Shown here: positions 1-9,763 of the stretch, in pieces | Numbering within the stretch: position 1 is the stretch's first letter | Layout: each line of letters opens with the position of its first letter | Assembly: GCA_963662275.1 (NCBI GenBank) | Contig: OY759316.1 | Span: 4,032,001 to 4,096,000 of the forward strand | Reading direction: 5' to 3' | From: Candidatus Cloacimonadales bacterium | GTDB lineage: Bacteria; Cloacimonadota; Cloacimonadia; Cloacimonadales; DAONDQ01 | Length of the DNA: 64,000 nucleotides | Made by a program: the position numbers and the translations under genes | The notes under the pieces: model-generated | Told to the model about the DNA's origin: nothing | The model's database searches: none | What the model saw: only the letters and a program-made list of their open reading frames with translations

Positions 1-289
1 CAGAACCAGGGTCAGCAAAGAGAGGAGTTCCTGCATCGGAGACCAGTGCTGCTGATTTATGTTCATCCATTAGTTTCTTCAGCAGAATCGGACTTTGTTC
101 CATATAGTTATGTTCATTGAGGAGTTCCCATTCCTGTTTGAGGTCATACGCAGAACGATAGCGGAAGCCAATCTTTCGCTCTTCGCAGATGAGGATGTCC
201 ACATCCTTCAGTACTTCCAGGGCACGGAGGGTTATATCCTTCGGATTGCCGATGGGCATGGCTACGATATAAAGAATGGGTTTGGCCAT
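1..289 (-). CDS. rsmI: 16S rRNA C1402 2'-O-methyltransferase, 5' part (runs off window start)
   Basis: Manual translation [31 protein letters not shown]...[14 protein letters not shown] matches RsmI motifs (PIGN..DIT.RA, SDAGTP..DPG); GGAG RBS; absent from ORF track. Confidence 0.93.
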   Translation of the reverse strand, partial: MAKPILYIVAMPIGNPKDITLRALEVLKDVDILICEERKIGFRYRSAYDLKQEWELLNEHNYMEQSPILLKKLMDEHKSAALVSDAGTPLFADPGS

Positions 290-300
290 AATCACTCCGC

Positions 301-466
301 GTTGGAGTTCAAATCTCCTTCGTGACATACGGTTAATGCTTACCTATTGGAGATTTGGACTTCAACCCCCTATAACAAGCTCTGTTGCTAAAATCGGGTT
401 TGAAGTCCAACTTGCCTGGAAGACGAATCTCATCATCAGCAGTCTTGGCAAGTTGAACTCCAAATG
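301..466. repeat. Two tandem imperfect hairpins of the TTGGAGTTCAA...TTGGACTTCAA family
   Basis: Inverted repeats at 301-367 and 397-465; related copies at ~14797-14870 and ~42702-42779. Confidence 0.7.
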
Positions 467-490
467 AATAGGTTTGCGGTTTCGTTCAAA

Positions 491-542
491 GGTTGACCCC
501 CCTACCCCCCTTCTCAAGGGGGGAACTATCAGCTATCAGCTA
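491..542. repeat. CCCCCCTTGAGAAGGGGGG palindrome plus TAGCTGA heptamers at the yfhO stop
   Basis: 491-523 is the exact reverse complement of 59335-59367; another copy at ~54950-54979. Confidence 0.85.
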
Positions 543-3002
543 TAAGCTTACTTTCTTCCTCTTCAAATAGATCAACACAGTTCCACCAATCACAGCCAGT
601 AACGATAGCAATATTCCGATCAGGCTTAGTTTCAGGCTTAAATTATAGGATCCAGGTTCAAAGCGCATTTCCAATTTATGCTGACCTGCCGGAACAACCA
701 CTCCGCGGAGAATGTAATTCGTCGCATATATAGGGGTTTTCTTCCCATCTATAAAGGCATTCCAACCTGCAGGATAGTAGATTTCACTGATCGTTAAATA
801 CGCAGGTTTGTCTGTATATACATCAAAGGAAAGTGAATGCAGATCGAAAGTCTTCAATACAGCAGTAGTGTTAACTGGCATTTCCACACCCTTGATATTC
901 TCTTCCACGATGGCAGTAGCAGCAGGATTGAATGTATCTGAATTTAGAAGACCCCATATCTTCTTTGGCTGCTTCTCGACAATGAGATTCTTTACAAACC
1001 AGGCACGAGGTAAAGCGGTCATATTCTCGAAAACAATAAGTTTTTCCTGTTCGCTTTGATATACTGGTTTCAGGTTCGGGAAAGGCAGCATTTGTTCGAA
1101 CAGGACATATTTTACATTCAGCATATTGATGACATTCCAATTGACCTTGCCTTCAGATAGTTTTGCATAAATACAATTCTCAAGAATCTGCTGATATCTT
1201 TTCAGTTTAGCACCATGATATCCTTCAATGGTTTGATGATAATATGCCCAACGTCCTTTGATTTGTGTATTTAAAGGAAAGATTCTATAAATCGATTTAT
1301 CCTGGAGGAGGAAATCATCTACAGGAGTTTTTTCGAGTTGAGTTTGCTGGTCTTGAGGAGATTGGAGATTTATTGGCTTCAGAAATTCAGAATCAATACG
1401 CCACATATCAATGAAAATTATTACTGATAGTAAGATGAGAAAACCGAGTTTAGGAAGTTTCTTTTTGCCATACGCCCAAATCAAAGCCAAGCCGCCTAAT
1501 AACAATAACAGACTATTAGAAGTGCCTGTAATCAGCATATTCATTCTTTCAGCGCGGATATCTTTTAAGTCGTCCAATTTGTATTGTGCCAATTCAGGGG
1601 CACTGGCAAATTTGAGATGGTTAAACAGCGGTTTACCCATTAAGAACACAATGGCAAGAAGTATGACCGTGATTATGAATGTTAATCGTATTCCCTTAAA
1701 GAACTTATGATCACCTGCTTTCTGTTTTTCAATGACCGTTTTTATTCCAAATCCAGCCATGACCAGAATCATGATCTGGACTAATATCAGTATTGTTGCC
1801 GGCACTCTGAATTTATTAAACATCGGGAGGTATTTCAAGAGCAGATCTGATATCAGGTTGAAGTACTTACCAAAGGACATGATAGTGAAAATGACGGTTG
1901 TAATTGCGAGGAAGGTTACCATTCGATTTTTAGACTTGAAAACTGCTATAAAAGCAAATAAAAGGATGATTATACCAATATAATAGTAAATCTGTGTGAA
2001 GTCCATCCAACCCCAATACGTTTGTCCAACTCCACCAAAGAAATTCGGCACAGCCAAAGAAATGATTTCCCACGGATGAAATGACCAGCCTTGAGAATAG
2101 CTTTTCTCTAATCCGGAAGTACCTCCACGTATTGTATATTGTCCGTATTCATAGGTGGATAACAAGGGGTTGGATACAGCCAATGCAGCTATGATCAACG
2201 CTAAAACAAAAATACCTGTAAATAAAAGGAAGGTTGTCACATTCTTCTTTCCCGTGATTTTTTCCCTTTCAGATAATATGTTAGCAGGATCTTTTCTTTC
2301 CGGCATGAAGAAGGAGAATACCCAATATAATCCCATAAAGATCAATGTATAGTACGTAATTTGGGGATGATTTTCACGTAACTGGGCAATCAGAAACATC
2401 GATAATAAACCAAGTCCCAGCAGGTTATGTTTCTTACGAGAATAGAAGATCGCATAAAAAAGCCATGGGATATACATGATTGCCCTGAATTTTGTATTGT
2501 GCCCAATTTCAATCAGTCCTGCCCAATTACTTGTAAAGGCAAATGCCAAGGCAATAATGAAGGCAATGAAAGGTTCAAAGCCCAAGAATATCATCAATAC
2601 ATAAATACCGACGACACCAAAGAATAACATGAAGATACGCCATTTCATGACATGATCAAAGACTTTTGTCATATTTTCCACAAACGGATACTTGTTCTGT
2701 AAAGAAACCAGGTAGCCAGGCATACCACTGAACATGTTTGGGTCCCACAGAGCCTGGTCTTTATGCGTCTTATTGTATTCCAGCATAGATTGAGCCTGTG
2801 CCCTCCACTGGATGGTATCATTCGCCTGCGGATAAAAACCCTTATAGGCAACACTGAAGAAGAGACTACTCAGCATTAGGAAAAGTATTCCAATAAATAA
2901 AATATGCTGTGTATAACCGGGAAAGTGTAATACCGTCTTGGTTGCCGTTACAGGTATTCTTTTTTGATGAAGTTTTACTGGTTCAGGTTTCTTTTGTTTC
3001 AT
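540..3002 (-). CDS. YfhO-family multi-pass membrane protein (GT-C-like glycosyltransferase)
   Basis: 820 aa with many TM segments; W.P.MFSGMP, HPQITYY, FR.P, GYHGAKL, SE.YYPAGW motifs. Confidence 0.85.
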   Translation of the reverse strand: MKQKKPEPVKLHQKRIPVTATKTVLHFPGYTQHILFIGILFLMLSSLFFSVAYKGFYPQANDTIQWRAQAQSMLEYNKTHKDQALWDPNMFSGMPGYLVSLQNKYPFVENMTKVFDHVMKWRIFMLFFGVVGIYVLMIFLGFEPFIAFIIALAFAFTSNWAGLIEIGHNTKFRAIMYIPWLFYAIFYSRKKHNLLGLGLLSMFLIAQLRENHPQITYYTLIFMGLYWVFSFFMPERKDPANILSEREKITGKKNVTTFLLFTGIFVLALIIAALAVSNPLLSTYEYGQYTIRGGTSGLEKSYSQGWSFHPWEIISLAVPNFFGGVGQTYWGWMDFTQIYYYIGIIILLFAFIAVFKSKNRMVTFLAITTVIFTIMSFGKYFNLISDLLLKYLPMFNKFRVPATILILVQIMILVMAGFGIKTVIEKQKAGDHKFFKGIRLTFIITVILLAIVFLMGKPLFNHLKFASAPELAQYKLDDLKDIRAERMNMLITGTSNSLLLLLGGLALIWAYGKKKLPKLGFLILLSVIIFIDMWRIDSEFLKPINLQSPQDQQTQLEKTPVDDFLLQDKSIYRIFPLNTQIKGRWAYYHQTIEGYHGAKLKRYQQILENCIYAKLSEGKVNWNVINMLNVKYVLFEQMLPFPNLKPVYQSEQEKLIVFENMTALPRAWFVKNLIVEKQPKKIWGLLNSDTFNPAATAIVEENIKGVEMPVNTTAVLKTFDLHSLSFDVYTDKPAYLTISEIYYPAGWNAFIDGKKTPIYATNYILRGVVVPAGQHKLEMRFEPGSYNLSLKLSLIGILLSLLAVIGGTVLIYLKRKKVSL

Positions 3003-3031
3003 TAGTTACCCCTATTTTATCTTTTTTACTT

Positions 3032-3163
3032 TGAATTCATATTGGGCGTATTGCCATGCGCCCCTACTTCGAACATCTTTGAAATCATATTGGGCGTATG
3101 CCATGCGCCCCTACTTGGCATATCCTGCGCCCCTATCCCCCCTTGGGAAGGGGGCAGGAGGGT
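3032..3163. repeat. GTAG-type REP copies (GTAGGGGCGCATGGC(A)ATACGCCC on - strand) followed by a CCCCTT..AAGGGG palindrome
   Basis: Two near-identical direct copies plus a degenerate third. Confidence 0.75.
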
Positions 3164-3340
3164 CAAAATATTGCACTTCATATTTCCCTTCATGTCTTTT
3201 ATTATTGGACGACTACGTCAATAAAAAAATGGATTAGAAATTGTGACGCATCAAACTCTCCCGGCTAAAGCCACCCTCTCTTTATCCAAAGAGAGGGAAA
3301 ATTTGGAGTTCGACTTCAATGCCGACATTAAAAGAGAGAA

Positions 3341-3488
3341 GGTTCATTGAGTGATTTCTCGGTCATTGAGCGAAGTCGAAATGCGAGAAATAGTATCGAA
3401 ATGAACAGATTCTAACCTTCAAGGCTGTATAAATGCCGTCTCCTCGATACAAATAGATAAATCTATTCACTCGGAGAACTCAGCTTTC
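3341..3488. repeat. ~130-bp dispersed hairpin element with a nested REP
   Basis: Inverted homologue at 10613-10740. Confidence 0.8.
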
Positions 3489-3575
3489 AAACTCTCCGAC
3501 ACTATGCTTCGACTACGCTCAGCAACCACAACCTCTCTTAATCCAAAGAGAGGAATGGGAAACCAGCACCCCCTA

Positions 3576-5591
3576 TCATTGTAATAGTAGTTCAATCCCA
3601 AAATCCTTTGTCTCTGCTTTCTGCCATTCATCATATCGAACATAGTTCTGATGAGAACAGGGATAAGTACTTGTTTCAGTCATGATCTTCCAGGGAGTTG
3701 AGGACAGGTTTTCCAAGCTGATCATGGTTGCTTGTGGTAATTCAAGGGGATTGAAGGATAATATAACAACACCATCCTCGCCTTCTGCCTTGAAATCCTT
3801 TTCCAGCAAAGGCTGTCCTGTATTATCGTCAGAAATCACGAGACGTAAGAGTGTTCCATCAGGTGTACCATATATTCTGATACCATTAACTATGATATTA
3901 TTGTGCTTCTTGTCTATGAACGGATAGCGAACTCCAATCGCCATATTGGGATGCAGCCAGTAATCATTAATATTTGAAGCTTCCTGGTACCAGGATAGCG
4001 TTTCACGGCTATTTCGAGCAATGAGTACTTCCTGTGAGTTTTGATATGTGATTCTCCATTTCCTAAATAGTGAATATCGCACTTCTCCCTGGTTCAGTCT
4101 TGCTAATTCCGGTATATTCCAAGTGACCGGGTGGGTAAAAGAATGGGGTTCTCTATCCTGGTAGTTATCCAATCTTTCTGACCTGGAAGCGATCCAATTC
4201 TGATTATCGAACAAGTTCATTTCCAGTCTCGTAATGTTCATACAGGGCAGGATAGTGGAGAAAGTGAATCCGGTTGGTGATTGATGATACAGCAAGCCTT
4301 CGTTGCTTGTCGCCTTGTCCAGTTCAGGTTCATGCCATGAGAATATGGTATCATCAACAGTATGTTGCTTAATATCTGTCTGAAAATCATACTGTAAATT
4401 CACTTTGAAAGGAATATCCGTTTTCAGATATTTGAAGAAATAACCTGACTCATTGGTTTTAATTGCACGCTGATATAACGAATGACGAGTGGGATAAATG
4501 ATGCTGGCTCCGGCAACTGGTAATCCTTTCGTATCAAGTATCCTTCCTCTGAATGTATAGGTTTTAATTTCGCTGAACAATTCACGCAATGCTGCAAAAT
4601 GCTTGGTCAGCATTTCATCATATTTTGGTTTGAAGGGTCTGATGATACTGATTCCATCCGGTGCGATACCACAGGTTTCCACATCATAGGCAAAAGTACC
4701 ATAATTCGCATAGAGATAATCACGGGCAAAGGCGATTGGACTAGTCCAGCCGGTAGCCACACGATAATTACCTTCCGTATAATCACGAGGCAGCTTGCTG
4801 GCAAATTTCAAGGCAACATCCCTGATATCAGTCCAGTCCGGTGACTTCTGTCCATCCCAGTTCCAGGGAAAATAGATATGTTCACCAAAATTACCTGTAA
4901 TGGAGCTATGATAAAGTATGGCATATTGGAACCTTTCCCGGGCAAAGAAATTCTGCATAGCGATTGTCTCTGCTTCAGAAGCCGGGAACGGACCTTTGTA
5001 ATAATAATCTTCTGGTTCAATTCCCTCATCATTGTCCCAATTAAAGTCATAGCCTTTATTCAGGTCAACACCATCGGTATTGAGATCAAGAACACCATTA
5101 TAATCTGTATCTGTATTGTTCTTTCGGCGAAAAGGATAAAAACTGCGGCTCACATAGTTATAACCTTCAGGATTGACTGTCGGAACGAACCAGACTTCAT
5201 TATTTTGCAATATGGATGTAACAGCCGAATCTTTGCCATATAATGATACCAGTTGTTCGATATCATTCATGACGATCTCAACACCCATAATCTCTTCCCC
5301 ATGATGCTGACCAACAAAGAGTACTGCTGGTACGTCATCACGCTGTTGTTTTGCATGAACACTGAGTTTCACTGCGTAAATCGGGAGACGATCATGATTG
5401 GTTGTGCCAATGATTTCCCAATGTACAAGATCAGGATACTTGTTGTCCAAGTTACGAATTTCAGTCCAAATCTTCTCGAGATTGTGATAATAATCAGGCA
5501 AGGGCCAGGCATTACCCGTTTGGGCAACAAGTAACACAGGAACCAGGATTGAAAATATGGTGATGAATAAAGACTGACGAAATATCGTCAT
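3576..5591 (-). CDS. Secreted M14 zinc carboxypeptidase with C-terminal beta domains
   Basis: Signal peptide; HHGEE (HxxE), NPEG, RKN, GVDLN, LYHS motifs. Confidence 0.88.
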   Translation of the reverse strand: MTIFRQSLFITIFSILVPVLLVAQTGNAWPLPDYYHNLEKIWTEIRNLDNKYPDLVHWEIIGTTNHDRLPIYAVKLSVHAKQQRDDVPAVLFVGQHHGEEIMGVEIVMNDIEQLVSLYGKDSAVTSILQNNEVWFVPTVNPEGYNYVSRSFYPFRRKNNTDTDYNGVLDLNTDGVDLNKGYDFNWDNDEGIEPEDYYYKGPFPASEAETIAMQNFFARERFQYAILYHSSITGNFGEHIYFPWNWDGQKSPDWTDIRDVALKFASKLPRDYTEGNYRVATGWTSPIAFARDYLYANYGTFAYDVETCGIAPDGISIIRPFKPKYDEMLTKHFAALRELFSEIKTYTFRGRILDTKGLPVAGASIIYPTRHSLYQRAIKTNESGYFFKYLKTDIPFKVNLQYDFQTDIKQHTVDDTIFSWHEPELDKATSNEGLLYHQSPTGFTFSTILPCMNITRLEMNLFDNQNWIASRSERLDNYQDREPHSFTHPVTWNIPELARLNQGEVRYSLFRKWRITYQNSQEVLIARNSRETLSWYQEASNINDYWLHPNMAIGVRYPFIDKKHNNIIVNGIRIYGTPDGTLLRLVISDDNTGQPLLEKDFKAEGEDGVVILSFNPLELPQATMISLENLSSTPWKIMTETSTYPCSHQNYVRYDEWQKAETKDFGIELLLQ

Positions 5592-5592
5592 T

Positions 5593-6297
5593 CTATCTCA
5601 GGTTGAATTCAGTGGTTATCGTAACTTTGATATCCTTCTTCTTGGTGCTGGTACGATAAATGCCATAATCACTGACATCTGTAGAATAAGGTTCTGTGAT
5701 TTGGAAGATTCCTGCCCTGGCACTACTGATCTTTCCAACTTTAGAATGAGCAGCGGAAGCAATTTCCTTCGCACGGGCAAGAGCATCCTTAGTTGCTTCA
5801 CCAAGAAGCTGTTTCTTGATATCGGCAAGTTTTGTATTGAAATAATCGAGATTGGAATTTTGAAGAATGATTCCCTTCTCAGCAAAGAAAGTTGGGGTAA
5901 GCGCAAGTTTTTCGATGAGAGGAATATCGGTCGAAATAATAAATACATTCTGTGTTAATGTAAAGCACTTCTGAGTACCATAATTATCAAAAACCGGTTG
6001 TGAATTTGCAGGTTGGATACTGATATCCTTGTCGGCTATTCCACCCGCAATAGCATAACCCTTCAATGCTATCATATCATCAGCGATCTGCTTGTAGCCA
6101 AGTTTCAACTGATCGGGACTCACGGTACGGGTCATCGTAATATTCCATTTCACTAAATCAGAATCAAAGCTTTTCGTCGCCATCCCAACGACACGGATTG
6201 TATTTTCTATGTGTTTGGCTTTATAAAAATACGAACCTGCCGATGCTAATCCGATAATAAAGCATAATCCTAAAATCAAAGCTGTTATGTTCTTCAT
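5593..6297 (-). CDS. SIMPL (DUF541) domain protein
   Basis: N-terminal TM; I.V.G.A, ATKDA.ARAKEIA, SARAGIFQIT motifs. Confidence 0.85.
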   Translation of the reverse strand: MKNITALILGLCFIIGLASAGSYFYKAKHIENTIRVVGMATKSFDSDLVKWNITMTRTVSPDQLKLGYKQIADDMIALKGYAIAGGIADKDISIQPANSQPVFDNYGTQKCFTLTQNVFIISTDIPLIEKLALTPTFFAEKGIILQNSNLDYFNTKLADIKKQLLGEATKDALARAKEIASAAHSKVGKISSARAGIFQITEPYSTDVSDYGIYRTSTKKKDIKVTITTEFNLR

Positions 6298-6380
6298 GAA
6301 ACCTCCATTCTCTTCATGATATAATAATCAATTATTTGTAATGGCAATAAATGTGGTATCTAATCTCTGGTCTCTTCTTC

Positions 6381-8633
6381 CTAACAAGTATCCCAAGATT
6401 TTTCCTCAAGCTTAACGCCTGTTTCAGCATCAATAGCTATCCATTGCCCATCAGTGTTAATAGACCAAATTAATCTATACTCATATTCATTTGTAATCTT
6501 CGATTTAATCGGATAGAAAATTAACATAGCAGAACAGTCTTGATCACTATCTTCAGGGTTTTCATCCTCTTCCGGATTCATTATTTTTTGCTCATGCGGG
6601 AAATAGTCTTTAGATCCTGACAGCCACCTTGTTTCAGTCCAGACATAATGCGTTTTGTCTTCATAACTGTTAATTGATAGTGCTGTTTCCGGAGTAATGA
6701 TACATTCAGGCAATGGCTTCAGAGCATTGTACATGAAGAAGCTTACTTCATATTTGTTTGAATCATAGTCATAGTAAATTGACATGTTCATTTCAAAACC
6801 GGGTGAAGTAAAAACTGGAAGTAAGAGAAATCCTTCGTAACATAAGTTAAGCGTCATGCCATTAGAATATTCTCCTCCATCATTCAGTCTGATCCTGAAG
6901 GAATAATTGGGGTCTGTTATTTGATTGAGTTTAAATAAGTAACTGATGATTTTCTGACAGTTCACATGCATTTGTACTGAATCCCTGGGTTCCGGCAGAT
7001 TGAATACACCAGCAAAGGATGTTATTTTTTTTTGGATTTGATCAAATTGATAATTACTCGTATTACCGAGAGGCTTGAAAACCTCTTGGAGTTTTGCTTT
7101 TTCTTTGTTGAAAATAGTCTGGTTTGCAGCATCCAAAGGTACCGGACGTAATTCATAAAAACCAGGGTCATAGCATTGACCTGTTTGCGGTTCAAATGCT
7201 GTATAATAATTCGGGTTTGAATCCTCAAATACACACCAAGCCAGGACAACGCTCGAAATACCTTCTTCATACTGATTACCACGCGGCATCATACACAATT
7301 TAGCTGTTAAATGATTGATTGGGTCATGATACGAATTTTTATAAGTGATATTCTTTGTTGCAATACGGTTCTGATCCTTTGCGTTGAATGCCTTCACTTC
7401 TTTCTGATTATCTTTTTGATTTGCATATAAGGTTAAGATAGCTTGCGGAACTATAACCGAATCAGGATAGATGATTGGTTTGGCATAAAAATAAGGCTCC
7501 AAAGAAAGCACATTTCTCGTACAATCATATTCTGCAGTCAACCTGAAATAACCTTCCATAGATCCCTGGGGTATTGGATATTTGAACATTTGACGGTAAT
7601 AGCTTGTGTATCTTTTATTCGTATTTCCCTCCTGCTCAACGTCTGTTTTTGCATACTCGAGCCTTATATCCTGACCACAATGTTTATGCATCATTACATA
7701 GTAGGGAATAAATTTATCAATTGCCAGACGATAACTAATTGAATCATTAATTGCTGAGGAAGACAAGTCAATATCACCTAATCTAATAATGCCATACTCA
7801 ATAGAAGCATAATATTTACCTTTCAATCCTGTGTTTTTGACAAATTCAATGACAGCATTGATTTTTTTGACTTTTTCTATCCAATCCTTAGCTGTTTTAC
7901 CCAATAAATCACCCGTTTGGGCATTGATCGTTTCATTGTTACGTTTCCACTGAAGAATAAAACCAGGTGACTGCTCAGAATTCGAATCCGGATACAGATT
8001 CAGAGATAGGTTGCCATAATCACTATCATATTCTGGTCCATGGTAAAATGTGCTCATTGTATCTGTCGCTGTAAATTGCTTGGGAACATCTGAAAGATTT
8101 GGATTCATCTTTTCAGCAGCAGAAATGAAGTTAAAGATTGATATTGCTGTTTGCGGTGTCACAGCATTACCAGGTATCTGGATCGGTTGAAAATACAAGG
8201 TATTATATATCGAATACTCAGCCGTTTCAGGATGATAGGTAATCAGCAGATAATAAGGCTGGTTTACCAGGTAATAGTTTTTCCAATATTGAACATAGAG
8301 ACAGCTATGAGTATAAGCAGGGGAACTGATCATTTTCAGTACAAATGCAGCACCTTGTTCTTTGTAGAGAATCATCAAATCATTCACGATTCGATCCGAA
8401 TTCTTACAAAGAATGGCAGCATCAACAGGTTTCGGTAGATTGAATGTACCATGCAATTCAGTGAAGATTCTACCATCAGTAGTATCCGTGTGTTTCCCTG
8501 TAAAGCGTACCATGGCAGAAAACCGATCAAATAAGGAAGATGTGCTGACATCGGGTGATTTCACATTAATAGAAGATAAATAAGAGAGTGTTAAAATTAG
8601 TAAACATAACATAAAAAATATTCTTTTTCCCAT
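6381..8633 (-). CDS. Secreted hypothetical protein with three ~230-aa repeats, each ending in a PepSY-like motif
   Basis: GGAGG RBS before ATG at 8633; repeats end INAQTG, FEPQTG and IDAETG. Confidence 0.65.
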   Translation of the reverse strand: MGKRIFFMLCLLILTLSYLSSINVKSPDVSTSSLFDRFSAMVRFTGKHTDTTDGRIFTELHGTFNLPKPVDAAILCKNSDRIVNDLMILYKEQGAAFVLKMISSPAYTHSCLYVQYWKNYYLVNQPYYLLITYHPETAEYSIYNTLYFQPIQIPGNAVTPQTAISIFNFISAAEKMNPNLSDVPKQFTATDTMSTFYHGPEYDSDYGNLSLNLYPDSNSEQSPGFILQWKRNNETINAQTGDLLGKTAKDWIEKVKKINAVIEFVKNTGLKGKYYASIEYGIIRLGDIDLSSSAINDSISYRLAIDKFIPYYVMMHKHCGQDIRLEYAKTDVEQEGNTNKRYTSYYRQMFKYPIPQGSMEGYFRLTAEYDCTRNVLSLEPYFYAKPIIYPDSVIVPQAILTLYANQKDNQKEVKAFNAKDQNRIATKNITYKNSYHDPINHLTAKLCMMPRGNQYEEGISSVVLAWCVFEDSNPNYYTAFEPQTGQCYDPGFYELRPVPLDAANQTIFNKEKAKLQEVFKPLGNTSNYQFDQIQKKITSFAGVFNLPEPRDSVQMHVNCQKIISYLFKLNQITDPNYSFRIRLNDGGEYSNGMTLNLCYEGFLLLPVFTSPGFEMNMSIYYDYDSNKYEVSFFMYNALKPLPECIITPETALSINSYEDKTHYVWTETRWLSGSKDYFPHEQKIMNPEEDENPEDSDQDCSAMLIFYPIKSKITNEYEYRLIWSINTDGQWIAIDAETGVKLEEKSWDTC

Positions 8634-8788
8634 AAGACCTCCATTCATCTGAAAGTATTTATAAGTAATTATTTGTAAGTAAATAATATTAGTTAAGCTG
8701 TCAATAAAATCTTATCGTGATTTCAAAATTCAGCAAAATCATATCTCGTTTCATTTCGTAAGAGCCTACCAAAGAAGTGATTTAATGT

Positions 8789-8817
8789 TTGACAAATTCG
8801 CAACTTTCAAAAAGATA
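8789..8817 (+). promoter_or_regulatory. Putative sigma70 promoter of the nadC leader
   Basis: TTGACA at 8789-8794; weak -10 (AAAGAT). Confidence 0.45.
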
Positions 8818-8837
8818 GTTTATAGGAGATTATAACT

Positions 8838-8948
8838 ATGGAGAGAGTGCTGTTAATTCGAGCTAGAATGAATTATAAAGATAAAACAAAAAGCATTTGT
8901 CGTAACAGACAAATGCTTTTTTTGTATAAGGATATAATGTGCAATTAG
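8838..8948 (+). CDS. Putative 36-aa leader ORF overlapping a terminator and the nadC start
   Basis: AGGAG RBS, ATG 8838, TAG 8946-8948. Confidence 0.4.
   Translation: MERVLLIRARMNYKDKTKSICRNRQMLFLYKDIMCN
8888..8923 (+). terminator. Intrinsic terminator immediately upstream of nadC
   Basis: AAAAAGCATTTGTC-gtaaca-GACAAATGCTTTTTTT. Confidence 0.75.
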
Positions 8949-9763
8949 ATCATTTAATTTCTATCGCCCTGGATGAAGATATTCAAACTGGTGATATTAC
9001 TACTGAATACTTGGAACTGACGAAAGGAACCATCCAGGCATATCTTGTTGCCAAAGCAGAAGGCATACTTGCTGGTTTACCTGTCTTGGTTAAAACTTTT
9101 CTTACTGTAGATCCGCATACAACTGTCGTTTTGTATAAAAGAGATGGAGATCGGGTAAAACCCGGTGACGAGATTGCCCATATTGAGGGAAATGCTGCTG
9201 CTGTTTTACGCAGTGAACGCGTTGCACTCAATTTTTTACAGCGTCTCAGCGGTGTTGCCACAATGACACGTTCCATGGTAGATGAAATTGTCGGCACAAA
9301 GGCAAAAGTGCTGGATACACGAAAGACCACACCACTGCTGAGATCATTAGAAAAGTATGCAGTCCGTATGGGTGGTGGTTTCAATCATAGATTTGGTCTT
9401 TATGATATGATCATGCTGAAAGAGAATCATATTCGCTCAGCAGGCAGCATTACAAAAGCAGTCAATAGTGTAAAAAAACATAATTCAACATACAAGATTG
9501 AGGTAGAAGTAACAAACCTTGTGGAATGTGCTGAAGCCTTTAACTGCCATGTTGATCGAATTATGTTGGATAACATGAGCCTCGAAGATATGCGCCAGGC
9601 GGTGGATTTATATACAGGGAAAGTCGAGTTGGAAGCTTCAGGGAATGTAAAATTGGAAACCATCCGCACAATAGCGGAGACTGGTGTGGATTATATTTCC
9701 AGCGGTGCACTTACTCATTCTTACCGTTCTTTAGATATTAGCTTGTTATTCAAGGAGTCATAA
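8939..9763 (+). CDS. nadC: Nicotinate-nucleotide diphosphorylase (carboxylating), quinolinate phosphoribosyltransferase
   Basis: ED...GDITT, ERVALN, DTRKTTP, HR.GL.D, KENH, EVEV, MLDN, EASG motifs. Confidence 0.97.
   Translation: MQLDHLISIALDEDIQTGDITTEYLELTKGTIQAYLVAKAEGILAGLPVLVKTFLTVDPHTTVVLYKRDGDRVKPGDEIAHIEGNAAAVLRSERVALNFLQRLSGVATMTRSMVDEIVGTKAKVLDTRKTTPLLRSLEKYAVRMGGGFNHRFGLYDMIMLKENHIRSAGSITKAVNSVKKHNSTYKIEVEVTNLVECAEAFNCHVDRIMLDNMSLEDMRQAVDLYTGKVELEASGNVKLETIRTIAETGVDYISSGALTHSYRSLDISLLFKES

Noticed and set aside
3031..3237. Short ORFs 3031-3237 and 3042-3224
   Set aside because: They are translations of REP palindromes
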